Shown here piece after piece: positions 1-8,876 of a stretch of DNA of 53,192 nt (the first letter of the stretch is position 1; every line of letters starts with the position of its first letter). The position numbers and the translations under genes were made by a program. Source of the DNA: a bacterium (GTDB lineage: Bacteria; Patescibacteriota; Minisyncoccia; Moranbacterales; UBA9337); the NCBI GenBank assembly GCA_021159185.1, contig JAGGSH010000010.1, positions 1-53,192 of the forward strand. The letters are read 5' to 3'. The notes beneath the pieces were generated by a model that ran no database searches, was not told the DNA's origin, and was given only the letters and a program-made list of their open reading frames with translations.

Positions 1-117
1 CTCCGTGGTTCCCGGGATCTTTTCCATGGGGGTATAGGTGTATTGGGCGAGGGTTGGAGAAACTATTAAAAAAGATATGGCGCAGAGAAAAGTGAAAATT
101 AAGATTTTATATTTCAT
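1..117 (-). CDS. 5' part of a secreted/pilin-like protein (runs off the window)
   Basis: Manual translation MKYKILIFTFLCAISFLIVSPTLAQYTYTPMEKIPGTTE has a signal-peptide-like N-terminus. It is co-oriented with the VirD4-like ATPase cluster; pilin identity is inferred. Confidence 0.5.
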   Translation of the reverse strand, partial: MKYKILIFTFLCAISFLIVSPTLAQYTYTPMEKIPGTTE

Positions 118-168
118 GAGTTTTTAATTTTTAATTATCCCTAGTTACCAGTTACGAATTACTGGTTA

Positions 169-2037
169 CTAGTTACTAAGACACGCTCCGTCTTTGCATC
201 CGTTCTCGCACTTCACTACTTCAAAAGCGGCAAAACCCTGGTCATCTTTATAAAATTCAACCAGATAGGGTCCCGCGTTTACTTTATGGCTGCCCACGCT
301 CCCGTCTTTAATGGTCGTGCAATAATCTATTCCTTGATCCTTATTACTTTCATCCATATTCCAAAAAGCTTTATATCCGATAGTGTATCCTTTAGTTGAG
401 TAATCTCTATTATCTTGCTTTACTGTTTTTTCTTTGCAGTCTTGAGAGCAATTTTCAGAAGTTTCGCTTGGAACGCAGGGAGAAAATTCGCCTCTGCAAT
501 CATTGCAAACTCCGTCTCCGCACTTAGCCGCTTGACATTGTCCATTTACACAGCTCCATTGGCTATTCCCGCCGCAATTTGTCGCGTTAACGCAATCATT
601 TGCTGAACCGTTGCCATTATTATTGTCAGCGCCAAATTTGCACATTCCATTCTCGCACCCATTTTCGCAATACTCGGACTTCCAAAAACTGCCCTTATTT
701 GGATGTTTTAACGCGCACGGCTCTTTCATATTAATTGAATATATTTCGCCGTTTTTAATTGTTTTCAAATTAGTAAATCCCATTTCGTCAGGAACAAATG
801 AAGTCCATTTTTCAGCATTAAAATCATAATGCCAAATTATTTCCACTTTTCCCGCGCATCCATAATGGCTATTGTTTCCGAATAAGGTTTGGGCGTCTAT
901 ATCCCAACCATCATCTGATTTATAAATCAAGCCTGTTCCCGCTCCTTTGGCTTTTAAAAACCAACCTTGAGAAAAATTAACTGAATTTCCGATATAGCTT
1001 GTTTTATATGTCCAGTCTTTATTTTCAAGCGGCTTGTAGCAATAAGGCTTGCTTTCATGGCTTGACCCATTATTATCACCAGAATTGTCTCCGTTACTAC
1101 CGCTTCCATTATTACCATTCCCTCCGGCAGAACTCCCTCCGCAGTCTTGAGGGCAGCCAAGCGCCTCTTCAGCCGCCGGGCTAAATCCGTCGTCATTGCA
1201 AACCCCGTCTCCGCATCTAGCTTTTTGACATTGATTATTTACACATGACCAACTTCTTATGTCACCGCAATCTTCCCGAGTTTTATCTTTACCCCGACAA
1301 TAATTATCCGGAAGGCTTTTATCTAAAACATTGAATTCGCTAATTTCATAACTGCCATCTTTAAAGCATTGCCCGACAATTTTTTTTATTTTATCATCTT
1401 CTTTAATATCACTAAATTTGGCGCTTTTAAAATTTCTAATTACTTTCTTGATTTTACTGCTATTAAATCTAGCTTGATTAAAGGCAGTTAAAATACCATC
1501 TTTCCAGCAATTAACATTTTTTATTCCGGAAGAATAAATCGTTATTTCAGTGTTCATTATTCTTGAAACATATCCATCGGTAAGCTCAAACTTTTTAGCC
1601 TCGCGTTTCAGCCAAAATAAAATATCAGAAAAAGATTTGTCGCTGTGATATGTGCCTTTTATATCCTTAATTTCATCTGCCATAGTCACCTCAGAAAAAC
1701 TTATGTTAGTACCTAAACCGTTAAGAATAGGATTACTGGAATGACCTTGCGCCTTTATTTTGCTTATAATATCTTTGTTTACTTTAAAACTACGAATTGG
1801 AGTCGGGATAGCTTTTAATTGATTCGCTAATTCTTTCTTTTCTCCCATAAAGAAGAAACTGAAAGGCACGGAAATTTTAGTTATGTCAATAATCAACCCG
1901 TCGCTTTCCACTTTTTTTAAATCCGCCTTCAGATTAAATGTCACCGACGCGCTTCCCGCGGCAGCGGCAAAACTGAAAGAAAACGCTAACGCCAAAACCA
2001 GTCCCCCGAAAATTAACTTTTGATACATCTTGTCCAT
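169..2037 (-). CDS. Secreted cysteine-rich surface protein (622 aa)
   Basis: Signal peptide, duplicated WSCVNxQC..CGDGVCND..CxQDC modules, two CENGCxxGxC motifs and Gly/Asn/Ser linkers. Confidence 0.8.
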   Translation of the reverse strand: MDKMYQKLIFGGLVLALAFSFSFAAAAGSASVTFNLKADLKKVESDGLIIDITKISVPFSFFFMGEKKELANQLKAIPTPIRSFKVNKDIISKIKAQGHSSNPILNGLGTNISFSEVTMADEIKDIKGTYHSDKSFSDILFWLKREAKKFELTDGYVSRIMNTEITIYSSGIKNVNCWKDGILTAFNQARFNSSKIKKVIRNFKSAKFSDIKEDDKIKKIVGQCFKDGSYEISEFNVLDKSLPDNYCRGKDKTREDCGDIRSWSCVNNQCQKARCGDGVCNDDGFSPAAEEALGCPQDCGGSSAGGNGNNGSGSNGDNSGDNNGSSHESKPYCYKPLENKDWTYKTSYIGNSVNFSQGWFLKAKGAGTGLIYKSDDGWDIDAQTLFGNNSHYGCAGKVEIIWHYDFNAEKWTSFVPDEMGFTNLKTIKNGEIYSINMKEPCALKHPNKGSFWKSEYCENGCENGMCKFGADNNNGNGSANDCVNATNCGGNSQWSCVNGQCQAAKCGDGVCNDCRGEFSPCVPSETSENCSQDCKEKTVKQDNRDYSTKGYTIGYKAFWNMDESNKDQGIDYCTTIKDGSVGSHKVNAGPYLVEFYKDDQGFAAFEVVKCENGCKDGACLSN

Positions 2038-2125
2038 ATTTTTTTGTTTTAATGGTTATTTTAACTTATGATGATTTATTGCAGACTAAAGATTTATAAT
2101 TTTCTTGATTATTCCAAGCTACTAG

Positions 2126-4627
2126 CTACTGGCTACTAGTCCCTGACAATTTCGTCCGTTCTAAAATTTCTCTATTAACCAGCTTCGCGTCCCGCCCGTA
2201 TTTTAAACGGGAAAGTTCCTTAAAACTGTCGGCAATTTTTTGGTCTCCCTCTGTAGGCGGATAGGTTTTTATATTAAACGGCTTGCTTAGTTCACTATTA
2301 ATCAATAATTTAGCGAAACAATTATAATTATCCACATTTACCAAATCATTTACTCCGAAAACAGGCTCAAATTGTTTTTCCAAAAATTCCGCGTCCTCCG
2401 GACCCACTCGGAAAGAGCAGAGAGAGCCGACATTTCCGAATACCGCCTTGGAAATTTCCTCGCTCAATTGGCCGATAAATTGGTGGGCGATAATAAGATT
2501 AAGGTGATACTTTCTAGCTTCGGACAAAATCTGGGAAATTGAATCGGTGGTCACATTCTGGAATTCGTCAATATACAAGTAAAAATCCTTCCGTTCTTTT
2601 TCCGCCATATCCACCCGCGACAGCGCCGCCATTAAAATTTTACCAACAATCACCATTCCCAGCAAATGGCTGTTAATTTCCCCGATTTTTCCTTTAGAAA
2701 GATTAATGAGAAGAATCTTGCCTTCGTCCATAATTTGGCGAAAGTCCAAAGTGCTTTTCTGCTGGGCGATAATCGGACGCATCATATCGTTGGAAATGAA
2801 AGTGGTGAGCTTAGAGGTAATATAAGGAACCATGTTGGCCAGCGCCGCTTCTCCCCCCGCTTTCTCCGCTTCCTTAACCCAGAAATCTTTCACTACCGGA
2901 TTATTACAGTGTTCCAATTTCATTTTGCGAAATTCTTCATCCGCCAAAACTTTGGGAATTTCCATAAGAGTTGACCCGGACTCCGGATGCTCCATAATCA
3001 AAAGCATAGCGTTTCTGGCATACTGTTCAAACATCGGACCGCCCGTCTGTTTTAAATCATACAGCTTGTCAAAAATATTTATCATTTCGTTAATCACGAA
3101 ACTTTTTTCTTCCGGAAGTTTATATTCCAGCATATTCAAGCCGAATGGCCGTTCGGTATCCGAGGGATCAAACACAATTACATCTTCCGCTCTCTCTTTG
3201 GGGATGGCCGTCAGAATCTCCTCTATGGCGTCCCCGTGAGGATCAATAAAACACATCCCCTTTCCGTTTTTCGCGTCTTGCTTCGCCATCTCCTGCAAAA
3301 ATACTGATTTACCGGTTCCGGTTTGCCCGATAGTATATAAGTGCCGGCGGCGGTCGCTATCGGCTAATTTAATATCTGTTTTAGACCCTCTGTAATCATT
3401 AAAACCCAACAGCATTCCTTCCGGAGGAATATTGGAGGGCGGCGGAGCGAAATTGGATTTCAACCATTTTATTTTAGGCGTTTCAGTAGTGGAAATAGGA
3501 AAGTGAAAAATGCCGGCGATTTCTTCCGTGTTTAAAATAACCGATTGACTGCCGTTAAAATTTCTAAAAATATAATCAAAAGCGAATTTTTTATTTTTAG
3601 TTCTTTTATTTATCGTGAAATGGTTAATATCAGAATTTTCAAATTGCGAAAAAGCGTTTTCCATCTGGGCCAAAATTTCATCCGCCCTTTCTTGGCTGTC
3701 CGCGGAAGCCAGAAGCCTGATATTAACCCGAAAGCCCGTTTTATTCGCTTTGCCTTCAATGGATTTTATTAACTCCTGTTCTTCCGGAGTAAGTTGAATG
3801 GGATCTTTTTCAAATTGCCGATTAACATCCTTATCTTTGCGAGCAGCGTTCGGGGAAGCTAGCAAAGCTCCCGCCATTCCCTTGCCCATATCTTTGGCCG
3901 CTTTTTTGACAACGGAATTAGGCTGGACATCTTTAAGCTGTTTTCCCTGTTGCATTTTATGAGCAATGGATTTTCCCAGCGAACGCCAACTTTCTCCCGC
4001 CGGACAAAGTATTAGCTGAATCGCCGCTCCTTCTTCTACTGTTTGGAGCTTGCTTAAAGCGTTGGAAATTTCATTTAAAGGATCCGCATCCATTTGTTCA
4101 TAAGTTTTAACCGGCAAAGCGTATTTGTTTTTTAATTTTAAAACCGCCGCCGCCGTAAAACTGCCCGGAGAAAAAATCGTATAATCAGAAACTTTTTCAA
4201 CCGAAGCGTTGGGAAAAAAGCTATGCACTTGCTTTTCTACGGTTTCGCGAAATTTTTTTGGCGCGGATAAATAAAAAAATATTTCCTCGCTATTGGAAGG
4301 GTTGGCAATTTCAAAAGAAATATGCGGATCATCGTAAAAAAGCCCGTGAAAAAAAGATTTCTTCTTTTTTATTTTAGCCAGACTTATTAATAAATGCTCC
4401 ATTGAACCGATTTCTTCTTTCCAGCTTTCTTTTTCTCCGCTTTCCGTTCCCGTTTTTTTCACTTCTTTGGTAACTCTGATGACCTCAAGATCCATATTCA
4501 TAGCGTAATTTATCTGGGCGCGAAAACCCAAAAAACTTCGCAACACTAAATAAGCGCCGCTCGCGAAAGATAAAAGCGACAAAAAAATCGTCAAAGGGAT
4601 GAGAATTAAATTGAGATTAAAATCCAT
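2126..4627 (-). CDS. VirD4/TrwB/HerA-like (DUF87) P-loop ATPase, type IV secretion coupling-protein family
   Basis: N-terminal TM helix; RRHLYTIGQTGTGKS Walker A, FIDPHGD, YIDEFQN Walker B, SEARKY..LIIAHQ motifs. Confidence 0.88.
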   Translation of the reverse strand: MDFNLNLILIPLTIFLSLLSFASGAYLVLRSFLGFRAQINYAMNMDLEVIRVTKEVKKTGTESGEKESWKEEIGSMEHLLISLAKIKKKKSFFHGLFYDDPHISFEIANPSNSEEIFFYLSAPKKFRETVEKQVHSFFPNASVEKVSDYTIFSPGSFTAAAVLKLKNKYALPVKTYEQMDADPLNEISNALSKLQTVEEGAAIQLILCPAGESWRSLGKSIAHKMQQGKQLKDVQPNSVVKKAAKDMGKGMAGALLASPNAARKDKDVNRQFEKDPIQLTPEEQELIKSIEGKANKTGFRVNIRLLASADSQERADEILAQMENAFSQFENSDINHFTINKRTKNKKFAFDYIFRNFNGSQSVILNTEEIAGIFHFPISTTETPKIKWLKSNFAPPPSNIPPEGMLLGFNDYRGSKTDIKLADSDRRRHLYTIGQTGTGKSVFLQEMAKQDAKNGKGMCFIDPHGDAIEEILTAIPKERAEDVIVFDPSDTERPFGLNMLEYKLPEEKSFVINEMINIFDKLYDLKQTGGPMFEQYARNAMLLIMEHPESGSTLMEIPKVLADEEFRKMKLEHCNNPVVKDFWVKEAEKAGGEAALANMVPYITSKLTTFISNDMMRPIIAQQKSTLDFRQIMDEGKILLINLSKGKIGEINSHLLGMVIVGKILMAALSRVDMAEKERKDFYLYIDEFQNVTTDSISQILSEARKYHLNLIIAHQFIGQLSEEISKAVFGNVGSLCSFRVGPEDAEFLEKQFEPVFGVNDLVNVDNYNCFAKLLINSELSKPFNIKTYPPTEGDQKIADSFKELSRLKYGRDAKLVNREILERTKLSGTSSQ

Positions 4628-4639
4628 AAATTAGTTTTA

Positions 4640-4842
4640 TGTCATTCCGGAAAATTTCGGAGTGGAACGGAGAAATTTATCCGGAATCTAAATCTATTGT
4701 CATTCCGGAATTTTCCGCAGTGACAGCGGAGGAAAATATCCGGAATCTACGCCTTCAATTATCTCACGCTTAGGATTCTAACAATCCTAGATTCCGGATA
4801 TTTTTTCTTCCACTTCGTTTCAGAAAAAATTCCGGAATGACA
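4640..4842. repeat. REP/REPIN-like palindrome family A: half copy (4640-4690) plus full dimer (4698-4842)
   Basis: TGTCATTCCGGAA...ATCCGGAATCTA-spacer-TAGATTCCGGATA...TTCCGGAATGACA. Confidence 0.9.
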
Positions 4843-4876
4843 AATGAGAAACAAAACATGTTGTAAAATTCAATAT

Positions 4877-5329
4877 CTAAATCAGTCCCTTTTCCACTAA
4901 CGCTTTGTGAAATTCATCCGCCAGCAGTTTGTCATGAAACATATCCAGCGTGTAATTGTCTTCCAGATGCTTAGCCACTTTTACCGCGTAGACCACTCCT
5001 TTATTTAAAGCTAAATCTGTCAGATGCCGGATTTGACTTTCAGCGTCTGTTTTTTGAGAGGCTGTTTCAGCGTCAGTTTGAATTTCATCATCCGATCCCG
5101 CTTGTTTTACCGGCTGCTTTTTTACTTTGGATAAAATTTTGCCGTAAGCGCTGTCTTTCTCAGCCGGATTAATTTCGCCGACTGTTTCTTTTTCAATTTT
5201 CAAGGGAGCCGCTTCCGTTTTTTTTATTTTTTCTGCTTCCTTCTCCGGAGAAGGACTGCTCCCAGCTCCCCCAAATTTTTCTTTTAAATCCAAATCGCTT
5301 TCTTCCACTGGTTCTAAATTTGTATTCAT
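4877..5329 (-). CDS. Hypothetical protein (150 aa)
   Basis: Charged N-terminus, helical C-terminus (LALNKGVVYAVKVAKHL..LDMFHDKL); co-oriented upstream of the ATPase. Confidence 0.7.
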   Translation of the reverse strand: MNTNLEPVEESDLDLKEKFGGAGSSPSPEKEAEKIKKTEAAPLKIEKETVGEINPAEKDSAYGKILSKVKKQPVKQAGSDDEIQTDAETASQKTDAESQIRHLTDLALNKGVVYAVKVAKHLEDNYTLDMFHDKLLADEFHKALVEKGLI

Positions 5330-5404
5330 AAATCCCTAATCCACACTAATTCAATCACAAATAATCTCTAATTTTGTGGTTAAAAAAGCGCTTGTTTAAT
5401 TATT

Positions 5405-5782
5405 TTATTTTCCTCTTAATATTCTTTTATAAATCAAACCGCTTCTCCCGAAACAAGCAAGAATGCCTAAGTCTAATTCTTTTGCCTTTAAATAACCGAG
5501 GACTTGCCTTACATCTCTATAATAAAATTTTGAAGCTGCTTTTATCTCTAAAATTATTTTATTTTCAATAAAGAAATCCAAATAATACCTTCCAATATCG
5601 CTCTCTTTGTATTTTAAATTCACTGGTAATTGTTTCCTGAATTTTATTTTTCTGCCACTGAATTCTTTAGCTAGCGCTCTTTGATAATATTTTTCCTGAT
5701 ACCCGCCACCTATTGAATTGTAAACTTCATATAAAGCGCCAACTATTTCATAACTTAATTTCGGATGAACAAGTTTAGCCAT
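5405..5782 (-). CDS. GxxExxY protein (PD-(D/E)XK nuclease-like)
   Basis: GGGYQEKYYQRAL motif, YYLDFFIENKIILEIKA, QVLGYLKA..LGIL. Confidence 0.92.
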   Translation of the reverse strand: MAKLVHPKLSYEIVGALYEVYNSIGGGYQEKYYQRALAKEFSGRKIKFRKQLPVNLKYKESDIGRYYLDFFIENKIILEIKAASKFYYRDVRQVLGYLKAKELDLGILACFGRSGLIYKRILRGK

Positions 5783-5834
5783 ACAACAAATAAAAAATAA
5801 AATTGGGGATTATTAGAGCTAAATTCGATTCAGA

Positions 5835-6149
5835 TTAGGGATTAACTGCTTTCAGCTCCTCCTTCAACTCCCCCACGATTTTCTCCAAAACTTTATCGTA
5901 ATCGGGAATTTTCACTTTCAAAAATTCCTCAATTTCTTCCGGCGTCCTTTTTTCTTCCAGCATTTTTTCAAAATGTTTTCGTCCGTCTTCGTCCAGCTTT
6001 TCCACGGTTTTCAGAAACATTTTTTTTAAAATCACTTCGCCCATTTTGGCAATCAGCTCTTCCTGCTTTTCTTGGGGCAATTTTTCCAGCCCCAATTCCT
6101 TCATTATGGCCTCCCGTATTTTACCCGCGTTTTGATTTTGATTGTTCAT
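5835..6149 (-). CDS. DUF5663-like small helical protein
   Basis: LGLEKLPQEKQEELIAKMGEVI...FLKVKIPDY pattern of this CPR family (recognised from memory). Confidence 0.7.
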   Translation of the reverse strand: MNNQNQNAGKIREAIMKELGLEKLPQEKQEELIAKMGEVILKKMFLKTVEKLDEDGRKHFEKMLEEKRTPEEIEEFLKVKIPDYDKVLEKIVGELKEELKAVNP

Positions 6150-6239
6150 TTTTTTATGTTTTTAAGAAATTATAGCTTACTACTTATAATTTACTATTTA
6201 CGATTTATTGCTAATGATTCTTCTCTCAAATTAGCGCTT

Positions 6240-8870
6240 TTAAAAATCTCGGGGAGGAAGTGGAATAAGTCGCTTGTGATTTATAGCCGATATTTGCTCT
6301 CTTAATTCATCCAGTATTCCTCTTTTATACGCTTCTTTTGTGATTTTTATCATCCAGTTTTCCACTGTGTCGCTATCTGAATATTTAGCTGCGCCCTCCG
6401 GCAGCACTTTTGACACAGCCGTTTTAATATTTTCCACTATTTCATTTTGACCGGAGTTAACCACTAGCGCGTTTTTTATATTATTCCAACTTTCAATATT
6501 GCCGGCGCAAGTTTTTATGGTTTCCGCCGTTTCCTGCTGTAAAACTCCTGCCAAATATTTTGCGCCGTCTTCAAAAGAAAAATGTTTGGACATTACGGCT
6601 GAATCCGATGGCAAACTTTCTAGGTCAACTTTCATTAAAAATTCTTTGACGGACAAACGATCGCCTTCGGGAACATTATTTAACTGGCTTTTAATAAATT
6701 CCGCCAACCGAGCATGGCCGTATCTTTCCGAATTTCCATAAATTCCATCGTGAGGCAAATCAGGAATATATTTTTTGGCTCCAAGCTCTTGAAATTTATC
6801 CATCTCGCTTAACAATTTACCTACACCGGTGTTGTTAATGGCGCTGTATTCGCGCGGATTCAATCCGAGCGCGTAAGCAATTTTCATTTCCGCCAACAGC
6901 CGGTTTTGCATTTCTATTTCGGACGCTGCTTCCGCGGCGGGCGCTTCCGTTGAAGTTTCCGCTACCGGCGTTTCGGCGCTGGCCGTTTCTGTTCCATGCA
7001 GTGAAGATTCTCCCGCTAAATTACGAGTAATATTCTCTATATCGCTTCTCCCTAAAGATTCCGCCTTATCAATTATATTCTCAATGTCATTTTTATTTTC
7101 AAAAATGCTGGAGAAATCAATTTTCTGCCCGACCTGGATTTTATCAGCGTTAACCAATCCGAAATCTTTTGGATTTTCCGCTACCTTGTCTTTGATAGCG
7201 TCAATTAAATAAGTCTTTTTAGCTAAAATTTCTTCAGGCGTGCCGGTTAATCCTTTAAAATATCCTCTGTTTTCCAATTGATGTTCCGCCATTTTCCAAA
7301 TAGAATCTCCGCTCTTGGCTATTTCAACCCCGCTTACTGCTTCAGTATTCAACTCCAAACTACCTGCTGCTTCGGCGCCCGGCGCGGTTTCTCCCAGCGT
7401 GTCAAATTTTGGATTATGCAAAGCTTGCTCTACCTGCTCTTTTATAGCCTCGCTATTCACGCCGGACTCTCCCAATGTATCAAATTTTGGATCGTGCAAC
7501 GCGCCTGTTGTGCCTGCCTTTATCGCTTTGCTATTTACCAAAGGATCAGAACCATCTTCAAAATCGGGCGAAATATGCATTATATTTTTTACTTCTGAAG
7601 CTTCGCCTTGAAAATGTTCGGCGATTTCTTTTCCTAGATACCGGCCTAGCATGCTCATTCCAATACCCGCGCCAACTCCCATATATTTGCGCCATACTTT
7701 CCACTGCTTCCCTTTTTGAATTCTGTTGTTTACTTCTTCTATATTTTTATCCAGCGCTTCTTTTAATTTTTCATAGCTTGCTTCTATTCCTAATTCCAAT
7801 CCTTCAAATCCGGAGTCTTTAATCTTTTCCACTTCTTTCTCCGCTTTTTTACTTCTCCACTTTTGCGCCGCCGTTTTAAACATACTGTTAAAACCAACAG
7901 AAGAAACACCTATAGAGAAAACGCGATAGCCCCCAACGGCTAACGCTCCGCCTGAAGTCAGCGCTTTACCTAATGCTGCTGCTCCACCCGCCGCCGCCAT
8001 TCCCCCCGCAACAGATAAGCCAAATCCCAGCCCAGCCACGCTAGCGCCGATTAAAAGTTTTTGCTTAAAAGAAAGTTTTCTGTATCTTTCAGTTAATCTA
8101 TTAAATCCTTTTACCAATGTTTTAGACCATCCTTTTTCTCCAGCTTCCAGATCCGCGCGAATGCTTTCCCTGTTTAAATTTTCCCCGATTATAAACCCGC
8201 GCGCCGCAATTTCCATATCCTCCTTATCTTCCACATGCTCCGAATCAATCACCGCGTCCTTGTATTTTTTTAACGCTTCCTCGTAATTATTTTTGTATTC
8301 TTCCATTTCTTCTTTAAAATTTCCCAGTCCCGCCCTGAAACCAAACATCTTCGCGAATTTATTGCTTTTTTTATCCATCTCGTAATCCTTCTTTACGTAT
8401 TCTCTTCTCGCTTTTTCTAATTCTTTGCTCAACGCTTCCAATTTCTCATCGGATGATTCTTTTTTTTCTCCTTTTTTTTCTTCAGAACTAACTTTTTTCT
8501 CACTTTCTCTTTCAATTTTATCCGCCAATTCTAAATCACTTTCTTCGTCCAATTCTTCCTGTGATGTTTCTTTCTCTCTTTCCATTTTATCCGCCAGTTC
8601 TAACTCACCTGCCTCACCAATTTCTTCCGTTTTTTTCTGCTTTTCCTTTTCTCTAATATCATCAGCCCATTTTCCTTCACCCCTCGCTTCCATTTTTTTC
8701 AAAATCTCTTCCTTTTTTTCTTCATTGCTTAATTCTTTATCTCTGCTTTCTGCTTCCTGCCCGCTACTTACTTCGCCATCTCCCATCACTTTCTTCAAAT
8801 TCTTATCAAACTCATCATTAAGATCCGCTCTGATTTTTTCCGCTGTTTTTATTGGATCCATTTTTTCCAT
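6240..8870 (-). CDS. Large membrane-associated hypothetical protein with a LysM-like segment (876 aa)
   Basis: Acidic coiled N-terminus, Gly/Ala-rich hydrophobic helices, GDSIWKMAE...ADKIQVGQKIDF, short internal duplications. Confidence 0.7.
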   Translation of the reverse strand: MEKMDPIKTAEKIRADLNDEFDKNLKKVMGDGEVSSGQEAESRDKELSNEEKKEEILKKMEARGEGKWADDIREKEKQKKTEEIGEAGELELADKMEREKETSQEELDEESDLELADKIERESEKKVSSEEKKGEKKESSDEKLEALSKELEKARREYVKKDYEMDKKSNKFAKMFGFRAGLGNFKEEMEEYKNNYEEALKKYKDAVIDSEHVEDKEDMEIAARGFIIGENLNRESIRADLEAGEKGWSKTLVKGFNRLTERYRKLSFKQKLLIGASVAGLGFGLSVAGGMAAAGGAAALGKALTSGGALAVGGYRVFSIGVSSVGFNSMFKTAAQKWRSKKAEKEVEKIKDSGFEGLELGIEASYEKLKEALDKNIEEVNNRIQKGKQWKVWRKYMGVGAGIGMSMLGRYLGKEIAEHFQGEASEVKNIMHISPDFEDGSDPLVNSKAIKAGTTGALHDPKFDTLGESGVNSEAIKEQVEQALHNPKFDTLGETAPGAEAAGSLELNTEAVSGVEIAKSGDSIWKMAEHQLENRGYFKGLTGTPEEILAKKTYLIDAIKDKVAENPKDFGLVNADKIQVGQKIDFSSIFENKNDIENIIDKAESLGRSDIENITRNLAGESSLHGTETASAETPVAETSTEAPAAEAASEIEMQNRLLAEMKIAYALGLNPREYSAINNTGVGKLLSEMDKFQELGAKKYIPDLPHDGIYGNSERYGHARLAEFIKSQLNNVPEGDRLSVKEFLMKVDLESLPSDSAVMSKHFSFEDGAKYLAGVLQQETAETIKTCAGNIESWNNIKNALVVNSGQNEIVENIKTAVSKVLPEGAAKYSDSDTVENWMIKITKEAYKRGILDELREQISAINHKRLIPLPPRDF

Positions 8871-8876
8871 ATTTTT

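Noticed and set aside
7395-8610. Short internal duplications in the 876-aa gene as DGR or mobile repeats
   Set aside because: These are ordinary intragenic duplications (LELADKxERE, ALHxPKFDTLGE) without adenine-specific differences
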